Positions 1 through 15,110 are shown, numbered from the stretch's first letter. The stretch is DNA of 64,000 bases from Cyanophora paradoxa CCMP329 (GCA_004431415.1 QPMI01000706.1:1-64000); one strand, 5' to 3'. Numbers and translations: made by a program. The notes: generated by a model from the letters alone, not told the origin.

Positions 1-3000
1 ATTGATTGTGAAACACCTAGAGGTGTCATACTCACGGCTTTAAAAGAAAATGGAAAAATACTAATTTCGTTAAAAGACCGATTAGTTGGACGCGTTCTTT
101 TACATAATCTTTATCATCCAAAAACTCACTCACTTATTGCACAAAAGAATGAAAGTATATCCGTTTTACTTGCAGATGATATTATAAAAGCTGGTTTAAA
201 AGAAGTTTGGATCCGTTCGCCATTAACTTGTAAAGCAACTCGTTCTGTTTGTCAATATTGTTATGGGTGGAACTTAGCTCATGGGCGATTAGTTGAATTA
301 GGTGAAGCTGTTGGTATTATTGCAGCTCAATCAATTGGAGAACCTGGAACTCAATTAACAATGAGAACATTTCATACAGGAGGAGTATTTACTGCAGAAG
401 TAGCAAAACAAATAACAGCACCATTTCCTGGTCGAATTTATTATCCATTAAATACTACATTCCGAGAAATTCGTACTCGATATGGAGATAATGCTTGGTG
501 GGTAGAGAATAACGCTAAATTAAGATTAGAAGGAGAAAATGGAAAACGAGTCTCTTTTAATTTAACTCAAGGATCAATTATTCGTATTAAAGATCAATCT
601 TGGGTAGAAACAAATGATTTATTAGCTGAAATTGCTTCAACTGCTCCAAATACTAGACGTGCAAAAGAAAAAACAACTCGTGAACTACGAACTGATATTG
701 CAGGAGAAGTTTATTTTCAAAATTTAGAAATTGATGAAGCAGGAGGACAAGTTGATACTGCTGGGGGATCGATTTGGATTTTAGGAGGAAATGTTTATAA
801 TTTATCCTCAAACTTTGATGTGATATTAAAAAATGGTGATTTTATTTTAAATGGTTCAATATTAGCCCGGACACAATTTATTAGTCAGTATGGAGGATAT
901 GTTAGACTGACTGATGATAATTTAACTGTTGAAGTCATTCCAGCTTCTTTAAAAATTCAAAATGCTAAAATTTTCATAGATGAAACAGATCAACCGTGTC
1001 TACATTTTAAGAATAATGAAACATTTGAATTAAAAATCCAAAATGAGACCCAATTAAAACATGGACAAGTAGTTGCCGAACGTTATTTGACTACAGAAAT
1101 GGGTGGAATTATTCGTTACGCCGATTTAGATGCTAAAACAACAAATAAAAATGGATATGAAATAACTAAATCTGGAAGTTTATTATGGATTCCAGAAGAA
1201 ACTCATGAAGTCAATACAGAAGCGAAAAATGTTTTAGTTAAAAATGGACAATATATTCCGAGTGGAACTCAATTAATTAAAAATAAAAAAATTCGAAACA
1301 AGCATAGTGGAGTTGTTGAATTAGTTCATAAAAAAAATTTTGTTATAGAGATTATTATTAAACCTGGAATTGTTTTGAAAATAAAAAATAATGTTTCATT
1401 TTCAAAAAAAGCTAAACGTTTCATACAACCAGGTGAATATCTTTTTTCAAAATTTGTAGTTGAAGATCTACGTTATTTAGATTACATCATAACATCAACA
1501 GGAATAATATTATTATTACGTCCAGTTGTTGAATATAAAGTTGAATCACCAAAAACAATAATTAGAGATGATAAAAATCATCTAAAAATTTCTAGTATTC
1601 AATCAATTTTATATAAAGATGGAGAACGGATTAAATCAGTTCAAGGGATTGAATTATTTAAAATTCAATTAAAATTACAGGTTAGAAAAGGTCTTAAACA
1701 TTTACCAATAAAAACGAATTTTATTCCATCAAGTCAAAATTCATTTGAATTAGAGTTTTTAATTATTGAATCTATTTTGCCAAAAAATGATAAGTATTTT
1801 GATTCAACCGTTTTAGAATCATTAGCAAAAGCTCAAACTAAAATTCTAGTAAAAAATAATCAATTAGTAAAAAAAGGAGAGTTGATTGCTCAAATTGAAA
1901 TTATTTCAATTAATCAAGGAGAAATTCGTTGGATTGGTGATAATACGGCAAAACAAATTCGTCGTCTTTTATTAATAACGGAAAAACAAATTGTAACTAT
2001 TCCAATTCAAAATTTAACGAAATTAAAAAATAAAAATTTAAATTTAGGAAATTTTATTCGAGCTGGAGAAGAAATTGAAGAAACAATAAAAATTCCTAAT
2101 TCGGGTCAAATAATTGAAATAACATCAACTTATATTCGATTACGCATATCAAGACCTTATTTAATTTCAGCTCGGGCCATTATTCGAGTACTTACAGGAG
2201 ACTTAGTACAATCTGGAGAAAGTTTAGCTTTATTAGTATTTGAACGCGCAAAAACAGGTGATATTATTCAAGGTTTACCTCGAATCGAAGAATTATTAGA
2301 AGCTCGAAAACCAAAAGACAATTGTGTTTTATCCACTCATCCAGGGTTTACTCAACTTTATTATAGTGAAACTATTGAATTAAAAATTAAAAGTTTAGAT
2401 AAAATCAATACCTTGTTAGAATTACAACCTGGTGTTTTCCCAACTGTAACAAATAATCAGTTTATTGAAGCTGGTGCTCCATTAAGTGAAGGAGATATTA
2501 GTGTACATGAAATTCTTGAAATCTTCTTTAATTTATATTTTAAAAATCGAGTAAATTGTCTTTCTTTAGCTGATGCTATTCATTTAAGTTTACAAAAAAT
2601 TCAGCAATTTTTAGTAAGTGAAGTACAATCCGTTTATCAATCACAAGGAATTGATATTTCTGATAAACATATTGAAATTATTATAAAACAAATGACTAAT
2701 AAAGTAAAAATCGAAGAAGGAGGAGATACAACTTTATTACCAAATGAACTTATTGAATTTCAACAAATTGAAAAAATGAATGAAAAATTTAGTACTTCTA
2801 ATGGACAACTAGCAAGCTATACTCCTATTTTATTAGGAATAACTAAATCATCTTTAAATACTCAAAGCTTTATTTCTGCAGCAAGTTTCCAAGAAACAAC
2901 TCGTGTTTTAGCAAAAGCCGCTGTAGAAGGTAAAATTGATCAATTACGTGGATTAAAAGAAAATGTTATTATTGGAAATTTAATTCCAGCAGGAACTGGA

Positions 3001-3138
3001 TTTAGTGCTTATAATGATAATGCTGTTTTTCAAAATGAAGATATTGAATCAATTGAAGTAAAAACTTCTGTATTGAATTCACCAGCAGAGAGTGATACGA
3101 ATTCTGATTTAGATGATATTATTTTAAATAAAGATTAA
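1..3138 (+). CDS. rpoC2: RNA polymerase beta'' subunit, 5'-truncated by the window edge
   Basis: Frame 1 is open from base 1 (IDCETPRG...IRSPLTC...GEAVGIIAAQSIGEPGTQLTMRTFHTGG) and ends with SFISAASFQETTRVL and GLKENVIIGNLIPAGTG. The ORF-track ATG at 361 is internal. Confidence 0.98.
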   Translation: MDCETPRGVILTALKENGKILISLKDRLVGRVLLHNLYHPKTHSLIAQKNESISVLLADDIIKAGLKEVWIRSPLTCKATRSVCQYCYGWNLAHGRLVELGEAVGIIAAQSIGEPGTQLTMRTFHTGGVFTAEVAKQITAPFPGRIYYPLNTTFREIRTRYGDNAWWVENNAKLRLEGENGKRVSFNLTQGSIIRIKDQSWVETNDLLAEIASTAPNTRRAKEKTTRELRTDIAGEVYFQNLEIDEAGGQVDTAGGSIWILGGNVYNLSSNFDVILKNGDFILNGSILARTQFISQYGGYVRLTDDNLTVEVIPASLKIQNAKIFIDETDQPCLHFKNNETFELKIQNETQLKHGQVVAERYLTTEMGGIIRYADLDAKTTNKNGYEITKSGSLLWIPEETHEVNTEAKNVLVKNGQYIPSGTQLIKNKKIRNKHSGVVELVHKKNFVIEIIIKPGIVLKIKNNVSFSKKAKRFIQPGEYLFSKFVVEDLRYLDYIITSTGIILLLRPVVEYKVESPKTIIRDDKNHLKISSIQSILYKDGERIKSVQGIELFKIQLKLQVRKGLKHLPIKTNFIPSSQNSFELEFLIIESILPKNDKYFDSTVLESLAKAQTKILVKNNQLVKKGELIAQIEIISINQGEIRWIGDNTAKQIRRLLLITEKQIVTIPIQNLTKLKNKNLNLGNFIRAGEEIEETIKIPNSGQIIEITSTYIRLRISRPYLISARAIIRVLTGDLVQSGESLALLVFERAKTGDIIQGLPRIEELLEARKPKDNCVLSTHPGFTQLYYSETIELKIKSLDKINTLLELQPGVFPTVTNNQFIEAGAPLSEGDISVHEILEIFFNLYFKNRVNCLSLADAIHLSLQKIQQFLVSEVQSVYQSQGIDISDKHIEIIIKQMTNKVKIEEGGDTTLLPNELIEFQQIEKMNEKFSTSNGQLASYTPILLGITKSSLNTQSFISAASFQETTRVLAKAAVEGKIDQLRGLKENVIIGNLIPAGTGFSAYNDNAVFQNEDIESIEVKTSVLNSPAESDTNSDLDDIILNKD

Positions 3139-3285
3139 AATCGAGTTAGCAAGAATTAATGTAATAAACGATATTGATTAAATTTCATTAATTTCGTTAA
3201 TAACTCAAAAATCAACTTAAAAAAGTTATTTTTTTTTATTAAAAAACAAGTTTCAATAATTTATTTTTTAAAAGGAGTTTATATA

Positions 3286-3987
3286 ATGGCAATTGTTACG
3301 TTAGATGAAATGTTAGAAGCCGGTGTACATTTTGGGCATCAATCAAGACGTTGGAATCCTAAAATGTCACAATATATTTTTACTGAACGAAATGGTATTC
3401 ATATTATCGATTTAGTTCAAACTGCTCAGTTATTAGCTGAAGCATATGATTTCTTACGTATTTCAGCTGAAGAAGGTAAAAAAGTTCTTTTTATTGGTAC
3501 AAAACGACAAGCCGCAAATATTATTGCACAAGAAGCTACGCGTTGTGGAGCATTTTATATTAATCAACGTTGGTTAGGTGGAACATTAACCAACTGGACT
3601 ACAATTCAAAGTCGTGTTGAATATCTTAAAGAACTTGAAATGCGCGAAGAAAGTGGTGCATTAGATTTATTACCAAAAAAAGAAGCTGCGATCTTACGTC
3701 GTCAACTTGAAAAATTACGTAAATCTTTAGGTGGGATTCAAACTATGCGTCATATCCCGGACATCGTAGTAATTGTAGATCAAAAACGTGAGAATAATGC
3801 TGTTCAAGAATGTAAAAAATTAAATATTCCGATTATTGCATTATTAGATACCAATTCTGATCCAGATGTTGTTGATATTCCTATTCCTGGAAATGATGAT
3901 GCTATTCGTTCCATTAAATTAATTATTGGAAAACTAGCGGATGCTATTTTAGAAGGTTCACATACTAAAACTTCCTCAGCAGAATAA
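3286..3987 (+). CDS. rps2: 30S ribosomal protein S2
   Basis: [17 protein letters not shown] motif; AAGGAG SD upstream. Confidence 0.99.
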   Translation: MAIVTLDEMLEAGVHFGHQSRRWNPKMSQYIFTERNGIHIIDLVQTAQLLAEAYDFLRISAEEGKKVLFIGTKRQAANIIAQEATRCGAFYINQRWLGGTLTNWTTIQSRVEYLKELEMREESGALDLLPKKEAAILRRQLEKLRKSLGGIQTMRHIPDIVVIVDQKRENNAVQECKKLNIPIIALLDTNSDPDVVDIPIPGNDDAIRSIKLIIGKLADAILEGSHTKTSSAE

Positions 3988-4116
3988 ATTCAATTTCATA
4001 TAAACTTTTAGATTAAAATTATTTTTAATCTAAAAGTTTTTTTTAACTAATTGCATAAAATAAATAAATTTTAAACTAAAACTGGTTATCTTTCTTTATT
4101 AAGAAAAAAAAATTAA

Positions 4117-4374
<258 letters not shown>

Positions 4375-4389
4375 ACAAAAATGATCGTC

Positions 4390-4424
4390 AGATAATTAGT
4401 CTTAATTATTAAGACTAATTATCT
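4390..4424. terminator. Stem-loop after atpH (17-bp arms); likely mRNA stabiliser or partial terminator
   Basis: AGATAATTAGTCTTAAT-T-ATTAAGACTAATTATCT. Confidence 0.7.
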
Positions 4425-4480
4425 TTCATTAAACGGAAGAAAAATATATTGTCAAATTAGCTTAGAATCAGGTAATTGAA

Positions 4481-4975
4481 ATGACACAATGGATAATTTG
4501 GCTAGCAATTGAAACCGAAGCTGCAAAGCCAGAAGGTGGGTTGTTTGATTTTGATGCAACATTACCTGTAATGATGGTTCAATTATTAGTCTTAATGCTA
4601 ATATTAAATGCTGTTTTTTATAAACCGCTAATTAAAATTTTAGATGAACGAAAAGAATATATTCAATCTAATTTTAATGAAGCAGAAAAATGTTTAGCAC
4701 AAGCTGCTGAATTAACAACACAGTATGAAACAAAAATAACAGATGCTCGTCAAAACGCGTCTAAACTTACAAATACTACACGTAGTGAAATTCAAAGATT
4801 TGTAAGTGAAAAATTAGAAGAAGCTCAAAAGAAAGCAGATAGCGAATTAGCTTCTGCCACTAATAAATTAGAACTTCAAAAAGATGAAGCATTAAAATCT
4901 TTAGAATCCGAAGTACAAACTTTAAGTACTAAAATTCTAGAGAAACTTTTAGGTATTCAAATAGCTAATACATAA
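4481..4975 (+). CDS. atpG: ATP synthase CF0 subunit b' (II)
   Basis: GGLFDFDATLP, single TM helix plus coiled coil; operon position. Confidence 0.97.
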   Translation: MTQWIIWLAIETEAAKPEGGLFDFDATLPVMMVQLLVLMLILNAVFYKPLIKILDERKEYIQSNFNEAEKCLAQAAELTTQYETKITDARQNASKLTNTTRSEIQRFVSEKLEEAQKKADSELASATNKLELQKDEALKSLESEVQTLSTKILEKLLGIQIANT

Positions 4976-5034
4976 TTTCTTTTGGCGATGTATGTTGAAT
5001 AGCAGATGCCAGTAGTATAGATTGGGGATTAACA

Positions 5035-5592
5035 ATGAATCTAATAAATTCAACAAAAATATTTTCATCGCTCATGATAGCTTCAGTTGAAAATAATACC
5101 GCAATTTTTAGTTTAAATACTGATATTCTTGAAACAAATCTGATCAACCTGTTAGTTATTTTCTTTTTATTAATTTATCAAGGTCGACCATTTTTTACCG
5201 CTCTTCTTGAAGAACGTCGTAAAACAGTACTTGATAAAATCAAAAAGTCAGAAAATAGTTATAACGAAGCATTAGAGAAATTAAAAGAAGCAAAAAGTAA
5301 ACTTGCTCAAGCTGAATTAGCAGCAAAGCAAATTTACGAAGAAGCTGAAGCGGTAGCTGAATCCATTAAGAAAACTGGGTTAGCACAATTAGAAAAAGAT
5401 ATTAAGCGTATTGAAGAAACAACACAAGCAAGTATCAATACTCAACAATTATCAGTAATCACTTATTTACGTCAGCAAGTTGCTTTATTAGCACTTCGAC
5501 GCGTTGTTTCTCAACTTAAAAATTATTTAAAACCTGAACTTCATAGTCAATTTATCGATCGTAAAATTCTTCAATTAAGAAAACAAAAATGA
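5035..5592 (+). CDS. atpF: ATP synthase CF0 subunit b (I)
   Basis: LNTDILETNLINL motif; ATGA overlap with atpD. Confidence 0.97.
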   Translation: MNLINSTKIFSSLMIASVENNTAIFSLNTDILETNLINLLVIFFLLIYQGRPFFTALLEERRKTVLDKIKKSENSYNEALEKLKEAKSKLAQAELAAKQIYEEAEAVAESIKKTGLAQLEKDIKRIEETTQASINTQQLSVITYLRQQVALLALRRVVSQLKNYLKPELHSQFIDRKILQLRKQK

Positions 5593-6149
5593 AACAAAGT
5601 GCTGTCGTTTCGAAGATAACTCAACCTTATGCGGAAGCATTATTAGAAATGGCTCAAAAATACGATATTGTTGAGACTGTTAATAATGATATTACGCTGA
5701 TATTAAATTGTCTTCAAAATTCAACAAAGTTACAACAATTTCTTGCAAATCCCTTAGTAAAAAAATCTTCGAAGAAAAATTTTTTTGAAAAGACCCTTGC
5801 AAAAGAAATTCACCCGTATACTTTCAAATTTTTACTGTTAGTTATTGATAGAGGCCGTATTTCTTGTTTAGAAATTATTGCTCAAAAATATCAATCACTA
5901 ATTTTAAAATTAACTAAGACTGAATTAGCTGAAGTTGTTACAGCTGTTCCTCTTTCGAGTGAACAAGAAGCTGCACTTAATAATATTATTAAAGAATTAA
6001 CCAATGCTAATGAAGTTAAATTAGTTTTTAAAATCGATCAAAATTTAATCGGTGGTTTTATTATAAATATTGGATCAAAAGTTGTTGATGCTAGTTTATT
6101 AGGTCAATTACTTAGAATCGGAAATTATTTAGGATTAGAAACCGTTTAA
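5589..6149 (+). CDS. atpD: ATP synthase CF1 delta subunit
   Basis: PYAEALL...D..LIGGFII..GSKVVDASL. Confidence 0.97.
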   Translation: MKQSAVVSKITQPYAEALLEMAQKYDIVETVNNDITLILNCLQNSTKLQQFLANPLVKKSSKKNFFEKTLAKEIHPYTFKFLLLVIDRGRISCLEIIAQKYQSLILKLTKTELAEVVTAVPLSSEQEAALNNIIKELTNANEVKLVFKIDQNLIGGFIINIGSKVVDASLLGQLLRIGNYLGLETV

Positions 6150-6190
6150 TTTTTTATTCAAACTACATAATTTTTTAAATCTTAAATTAG

Positions 6191-7715
<1,525 letters not shown>

Positions 7716-7717
<2 letters not shown>

Positions 7718-7778
7718 ATTAATTAAAATAATATTGATCAAATTTTATTAATTTGATCAATATTATTTTAATTAATTT
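7716..7778. terminator. 29-bp-arm inverted repeat overlapping the atpA stop codon
   Basis: AAATTAATTAAAATAATATTGATCAAATT-TTATT-AATTTGATCAATATTATTTTAATTAATTT. Confidence 0.85.
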
Positions 7779-7905
7779 GAATATTTCTTAAAAAAAAATT
7801 TTACAAATTGTTAGTAATTAAATTACAATAATCATAAAAAAACTTTTTATAAAATAATTTTATTTGTTTTAAATTTTGAATAATATTTAAATTCATTTTC
7901 TAGGT

Positions 7906-8553
7906 ATGATTAATTCAAAAAATAATAGTCCGATTGAAATTAGTATTATTGATTATCAAATGGGGAATCTCTATTCGGTATGTAAAGGAATTGAGAGATC
8001 CGGTGGCATTCCAAAAATAATTAATTCTGCTGAAGAAATTAAAAAAGCAACTGCACTAATTCTTCCTGGTGTTGGATCTTTTGATCCAGCAATGAAACAA
8101 TTAAAAAAACAAGATTTAATTAATCCTATTAAAGATGCAATCTCAGAAAAAAAACCCTTTTTAGGAATTTGCTTAGGCTTACATTTATTGTTTGAAGAAA
8201 GTGAGGAAGGTATAGAATCAGGATTAGGTATTTTATCAGGTTCAGTAAAAAGAATAAAGAATGAACCCGAAATTACAATTCCTCACATGGGGTGGAATCA
8301 ATTACAATTAACAAATCCTAAATGTTATTTATGGGATGGATTAACAAAATATCCTTGGGTTTACTTTGTTCATTCTTATTTTGCCCAACCAAAAAATCCA
8401 AACGTTATTGCTGCAGCAGTAACTCATGGAACTCAACAAGTAACAGCAGCAATTCAATATGAAAATATTTCTGCTGTTCAATTTCATCCTGAAAAATCTG
8501 CTTCTATTGGGTTACATATGTTAAATAATTTTGTTCAACAAAGTTGTAATTAG
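7906..8553 (+). CDS. hisH: Imidazole glycerol phosphate synthase glutaminase subunit
   Basis: IIDYQMGNL.SV, LPGVGSF, GICLG (Cys), PHMGWN, YFVHSY, QFHPEKS (His/Glu). Confidence 0.96.
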   Translation: MINSKNNSPIEISIIDYQMGNLYSVCKGIERSGGIPKIINSAEEIKKATALILPGVGSFDPAMKQLKKQDLINPIKDAISEKKPFLGICLGLHLLFEESEEGIESGLGILSGSVKRIKNEPEITIPHMGWNQLQLTNPKCYLWDGLTKYPWVYFVHSYFAQPKNPNVIAAAVTHGTQQVTAAIQYENISAVQFHPEKSASIGLHMLNNFVQQSCN

Positions 8554-8639
8554 CTATATTTTTATAAAAAATAAATAACAAGAAAAACCATAAATTTATG
8601 GTTTTTTTTGTTATTAAATACATAATTTAATAATTAAAT

Positions 8640-8753
8640 TTAGAATTCAAATTGGTTTCCGCGACGATATTGTAAATATGCTGCAACAAATAAACCAATT
8701 AAAGTTACGGGAATTAAACCCAGAACAATTCCAGAAAGTAAAGGTTCTACCAT
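8640..8753 (-). CDS. petG: Cytochrome b6f subunit V
   Basis: Hand translation [37 protein letters not shown]. Confidence 0.97.
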
Positions 8754-8999
8754 TTAAATATCCTATAAATATTTTAATTTCTTTTTATTTTATATCTTTT
8801 CTTTGTTAATGAAAACATTTTTTTTTTAATTAAGTAATAAAAATAGCTTTATTTTTAAATAAAGATTAATGAATTTTAATTAAGATCTATAACTAAAAAT
8901 CTATTTTGCTATTTTGAATATTTAAAAAATGGTTAATTTTGAAATTAAGTTAATAATTAAAACATATTTAAGTCAGGTTTTTAACTTATTAAATAATAA

Positions 9000-11252
<2,253 letters not shown>

Positions 11253-11263
<11 letters not shown>

Positions 11264-11330
11264 TTTAAAATAAAAAAAGAAAATTTACAAATCTGTAAAT
11301 TTTCTTTTTTTATTTTAAATTATTTTTTAA
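11253..11330. terminator. 37-bp-arm perfect inverted repeat spanning the whole sufC/rps20 convergent spacer; probable bidirectional terminator
   Basis: Arms 11253-11289 and 11294-11330, loop AATC; both stop codons lie inside the arms. Confidence 0.88.
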
Positions 11331-11607
11331 TCACATTATATTTTAAAGCAAGTTTTGATTTCATTCTTGCAGCTTTATTGGAATGATAAACACCACGTTT
11401 AACGGCTTTATCAATTTTACTATATACAATTCCTAATGTTGTTTGTATATTTTCAACTCCGTTAGAATTTGGTGCATTTGTATAATCACTTAAAACTTTT
11501 AAATATTTTTTAATAAAAGTTTTAACAACAGATTTATAAGCACAATTACGAATACGATTTCGTTCGATTGTTTTGATTCTTTTTATTGCAGATTTGGTAT
11601 TTGCCAC
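11320..11607 (-). CDS. rps20: 30S ribosomal protein S20 (GTG start)
   Basis: ANTKSAIKR...IDKAVKRGVYHSNKAARMKSKL. Confidence 0.97.
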   Translation of the reverse strand: MANTKSAIKRIKTIERNRIRNCAYKSVVKTFIKKYLKVLSDYTNAPNSNGVENIQTTLGIVYSKIDKAVKRGVYHSNKAARMKSKLALKYNVIKK

Positions 11608-11803
11608 GATTTTTTATCTATTATAAGTATTAACTTAATTAGTATAACAGATTTTTAGTATTTTAGTTATAAAATAAATAATTTTAAATATGATATTAGA
11701 ACAGTTATTAATTAATAAAAGCAAGTTTATTAGAAATAAATTAGGATTTTTATTTAAAATTTCATTTTAAATAAAAACCCTAATTTTTTAAGTTAAATCT
11801 AAA

Positions 11804-11893
11804 TTAAAAGCCGTTTCTACCCCAAACAACAAGACTTAAAGAAAATGTGAAACTTGCCATTAATGCAGCCCAGCCTAAACTAAGAATATCCAT
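11804..11893 (-). CDS. petN: Cytochrome b6f subunit VIII (Ycf6)
   Basis: Hand translation [29 protein letters not shown]; GGAG SD. Confidence 0.97.
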   Translation of the reverse strand: MDILSLGWAALMASFTFSLSLVVWGRNGF

Positions 11894-12071
11894 TTTTAAC
11901 TCCAACAAAATAAACTATTTATTTTATTTGTAATATTACCTGAAAAAAATAATCAAATGTTATTTAAATAATTACTATACCAAAAAAAGAATGATATATA
12001 ATTCTTTTTGAATCCTTATTCAAGATAAAAAATTACTTTTGCAATTAAATAAAGCAGGTTAGGTTAAAAAA

Positions 12072-12563
12072 ATGATAGAATTTTCTTTGTTAACAAAAAT
12101 CACCTTAAGTTTTACTATTTTATTTTTAATACTTTCAATTATAAGTATTATTAAAGGTTGGAAGAACCGTTTCCAATTTATCGGAGTCACTTCATTTTCA
12201 GCTTTATTAACAATTTCATTCTTTGTTTTTACTTTTGTTCCTTTCACCCATAAACTAATTCCTGGAGCTGAAAAGTATAAAGTTGTTTTTGATGATGGCG
12301 CAAATCAAATCGTTATAGCTGTTTCCTCAAAATTAAATCAGGATCAATTAGTTGCCACATTAGAACAAGCAGCAAGTGATTTATTCTCTCCGGGTAGGTT
12401 ATCAAGAAACAATAATTCATTTATTATAAAAGCTCGCGCTTTATCTGATTCAATTGGTACAACAAACAATTCTCTTTATCTTGGTGAACTTGATAAAATT
12501 TTAGATTCTAATACAAATGATTTTGAAACAAAAATAAAAATTTTTAATGATTCAACCTTATAG
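12072..12563 (+). CDS. ycf51: Ycf51 family membrane protein
   Basis: Two N-terminal TM helices, RFQFIGVTSF, VVFDDGANQIVIAV, TLEQAASDLFSPGR. Confidence 0.85.
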   Translation: MIEFSLLTKITLSFTILFLILSIISIIKGWKNRFQFIGVTSFSALLTISFFVFTFVPFTHKLIPGAEKYKVVFDDGANQIVIAVSSKLNQDQLVATLEQAASDLFSPGRLSRNNNSFIIKARALSDSIGTTNNSLYLGELDKILDSNTNDFETKIKIFNDSTL

Positions 12564-12663
12564 AATTAAAAAAATTCCATTTTTAACCAGTATCAGAAAA
12601 TACAAAAATAGAGTATCATATTTAATAATAAATATTTTTAATTAATCTTATCTTTTAAAAATT

Positions 12664-13707
12664 GTGAAAAATAATAATCGTCCTATTTTTCCGTTTACCG
12701 CTATTGTGGGTCAAGAAGAAATGAAATTAGCTCTTCTGCTAAATATCGTTGACCCAAAAATTGGAGGAGTAATGATTATGGGCGATCGTGGAACAGGAAA
12801 ATCCACGACGATCCGAGCCCTTGCTGATTTATTACCCGAAATTGATATTGTTGCAAATGACCCTTTTAATTCTCACCCAACTGACATTGAATTAATGAGT
12901 GATAACGTGAGACAATTAAAAGAAAATGGTGAAGAAATATCTCTCATTCAAAAAAAAGTTCCAATGATTGATTTACCTTTAGGTGCAACTGAAGATCGAG
13001 TTTGTGGAACAATTGATATTGAAAAAGCATTAACTGAAGGCGTTAAAGCTTTTGAACCCGGTTTATTAGCACAAGCAAATCGAGGGATTTTATATGTTGA
13101 TGAAGTAAATTTATTAGATGATCATTTAGTTGATATTTTATTAGATTCTGCTGCATCTGGGTGGAATACTGTTGAAAGAGAAGGGATTTCCATACGTCAC
13201 CCCGCACGTTTTGTTTTAGTTGGTTCTGGTAATCCAGAAGAAGGAGAATTACGTCCTCAATTATTAGATCGATTTGGAATGCATGCAGAAATTCGTACTG
13301 TTAAAGATCCAACATTACGAGTACAAATTGTAGAAGAACGTTCCGAATTTGATCGTTCCCCAGAGGACTTTTTACAAGAATATAAACTTCAACAAGAAGT
13401 TTTACGTCAACGTATCATAAATGCTCAACAACAATTAAATAACGTTCAATTGAATTACGAAATTAAAGTAAAAATTTCTCAAGTTTGTTCCGAATTAGAT
13501 GTTGATGGTTTACGTGGAGATATTGTAACTAATAGAGCGGCAAAAGCATTAGCTGCTTTTGAAGGTCGAGATGAAGTTACTGTTGATGATGTTTTACGCA
13601 TTATTACATTATGTTTACGTCATCGTTTACGTAAAGATCCATTAGAAGAAATTGATTCTGGTCAAAAAGTTGAAAAAGTTTTTCAAAGAATTTTTTCAAA
13701 TTTATAA
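12664..13707 (+). CDS. chlI: Magnesium chelatase subunit I (GTG start)
   Basis: [34 protein letters not shown]. Confidence 0.98.
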   Translation: MKNNNRPIFPFTAIVGQEEMKLALLLNIVDPKIGGVMIMGDRGTGKSTTIRALADLLPEIDIVANDPFNSHPTDIELMSDNVRQLKENGEEISLIQKKVPMIDLPLGATEDRVCGTIDIEKALTEGVKAFEPGLLAQANRGILYVDEVNLLDDHLVDILLDSAASGWNTVEREGISIRHPARFVLVGSGNPEEGELRPQLLDRFGMHAEIRTVKDPTLRVQIVEERSEFDRSPEDFLQEYKLQQEVLRQRIINAQQQLNNVQLNYEIKVKISQVCSELDVDGLRGDIVTNRAAKALAAFEGRDEVTVDDVLRIITLCLRHRLRKDPLEEIDSGQKVEKVFQRIFSNL

Positions 13708-13783
13708 ATTTAAAAAACCTTTTTTCTAAAGTAAAAAAAAAAAGGTTTTTTTTTTCTAAAAATTGATGTATAATTATTCTTAG

Positions 13784-13799
13784 GGGCAGTTAGCTCAGC

Positions 13800-13830
<31 letters not shown>

Positions 13831-13855
13831 ACAGGTTCAAATCCTGTACTGCCCA
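13784..13855 (+). tRNA. trnV: tRNA-Val(UAC)
   Basis: Cloverleaf; anticodon arm CCTGC-CTTACAA-GCAGG; GGTTCAAATCC T-arm. Confidence 0.97.
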
Positions 13856-13897
13856 GAGTTAGAGAACATAAATATTATAAAATATATTTATTGATAT

Positions 13898-13969
13898 GGG
13901 CTTATCGTCTAATGGATAGGACAGAAACCTTCTAAGTTTCCAGTGTAGGTTCGATTCCTACTGAGCCTG
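13898..13969 (+). tRNA. trnR: tRNA-Arg(UCU)
   Basis: GAAAC-CTTCTAA-GTTTC; GGTTCGATTCC. Confidence 0.95.
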
Positions 13970-14092
13970 GTATATGTTCTAATTAATATTTTTCAGAATT
14001 TTTTATTTTTTATTCAAGTATTGAAATAAACGAATATTTTTAGAGTTAAAATTACTTATAAGATAAAAATTTAAATTCAATCAATTTCACTT

Positions 14093-14203
14093 ATGGGAAA
14101 CTTAGATTTAGAAATTATAGCTCAATTAACAGTAGTAACATTAACTCTTCTTGCTGGACCTGTAATTGTTTTTCTATTATCTGTACGTAAAGGTAATTTA
14201 TAA
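14093..14203 (+). CDS. psb30: Photosystem II protein Psb30 (Ycf12)
   Basis: Hand translation MGNLDLEIIAQLTVVTLTLLAGPVIVFLLSVRKGNL*. Confidence 0.95.
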   Translation: MGNLDLEIIAQLTVVTLTLLAGPVIVFLLSVRKGNL

Positions 14204-14290
14204 AGCTCATTTGAAATAGAGACAATTTTAATTATTGAAAAAATTTCAATAATTAAAATTGTCTCTATTTCAAATGAGCTTTATAAATTA
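14194..14290. repeat. 47-bp-arm perfect inverted repeat between convergent psb30 and rps4
   Basis: Arms 14194-14240 and 14244-14290, loop AAA; left arm contains the last codons and stop of psb30. Confidence 0.95.
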
Positions 14291-14337
14291 TCTTTATTAT
14301 CATATTAATAATAATTAGAATAAGATTAATACTAAAA

Positions 14338-14943
14338 TTAACGGGAATAAAATTCCACGATTAATAATTCATTAACTTCTAAAGCAACCCATTCTCTTTG
14401 AATGATATCATTTACCTTACCTTGAAGCTTGGATTTATCAAATTCTAAATGACTTGGTAAATTAGCTAATCCAGGAAATAATAAATTAGTTTCTACTATT
14501 TTTTTAGAAGCATTACGTTCTTTTACCGTAATAATATCACCTGGCTTACATTGATAACTTGGAATACTTACAACTTTATTATTTACACAAATATGTCCAT
14601 GATTTACTAATTGACGAGAAGCTGGAATAGTAGGTGCCATTCCTAAACGAAAGACAATATTATCTAGTCGCATTTCTAACAATTGAAGTAAGATTTGTCC
14701 AGTTGAACCTTTCATTTGTTTTGCTCTGCGTACACATTGAACTAATTGTCTTTCAGTTAGACCATAATTATAGCGTAACTTCTGTTTTTCTTCTAATCGG
14801 ATAGCATATTCAGAACGTTTACGAGATTTTTGTCCATGTTGACCTGGTGGATATTTACGTTTTTTTACAACTTTACGTGTTAAACCTGGTAGTTCTCCTA
14901 AACGTCTTATAATTCTTAAAGAAGGTCCTTTATAACGAGACAT
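14338..14943 (-). CDS. rps4: 30S ribosomal protein S4
   Basis: [28 protein letters not shown]. Confidence 0.99.
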   Translation of the reverse strand: MSRYKGPSLRIIRRLGELPGLTRKVVKKRKYPPGQHGQKSRKRSEYAIRLEEKQKLRYNYGLTERQLVQCVRRAKQMKGSTGQILLQLLEMRLDNIVFRLGMAPTIPASRQLVNHGHICVNNKVVSIPSYQCKPGDIITVKERNASKKIVETNLLFPGLANLPSHLEFDKSKLQGKVNDIIQREWVALEVNELLIVEFYSR

Positions 14944-15037
14944 ATAATATTAACAACTCCTTTGTTGATATTTCATTTAATGATTTTATCATTAACTATT
15001 TAAATATGTCTACCAAAAATAAATAGTAGATTAAGTA

Positions 15038-15110
15038 AGCTAGAAAGGGGACTTGAACCCCTGACCGGCTGATTACAAATCAGCTGCTCTACCAACTGAG
15101 CTATTCTAGC
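15038..15110 (-). tRNA. trnT: tRNA-Thr(UGU)
   Basis: Reverse-complement cloverleaf GCTGA-TTTGTAA-TCAGC. Confidence 0.96.
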
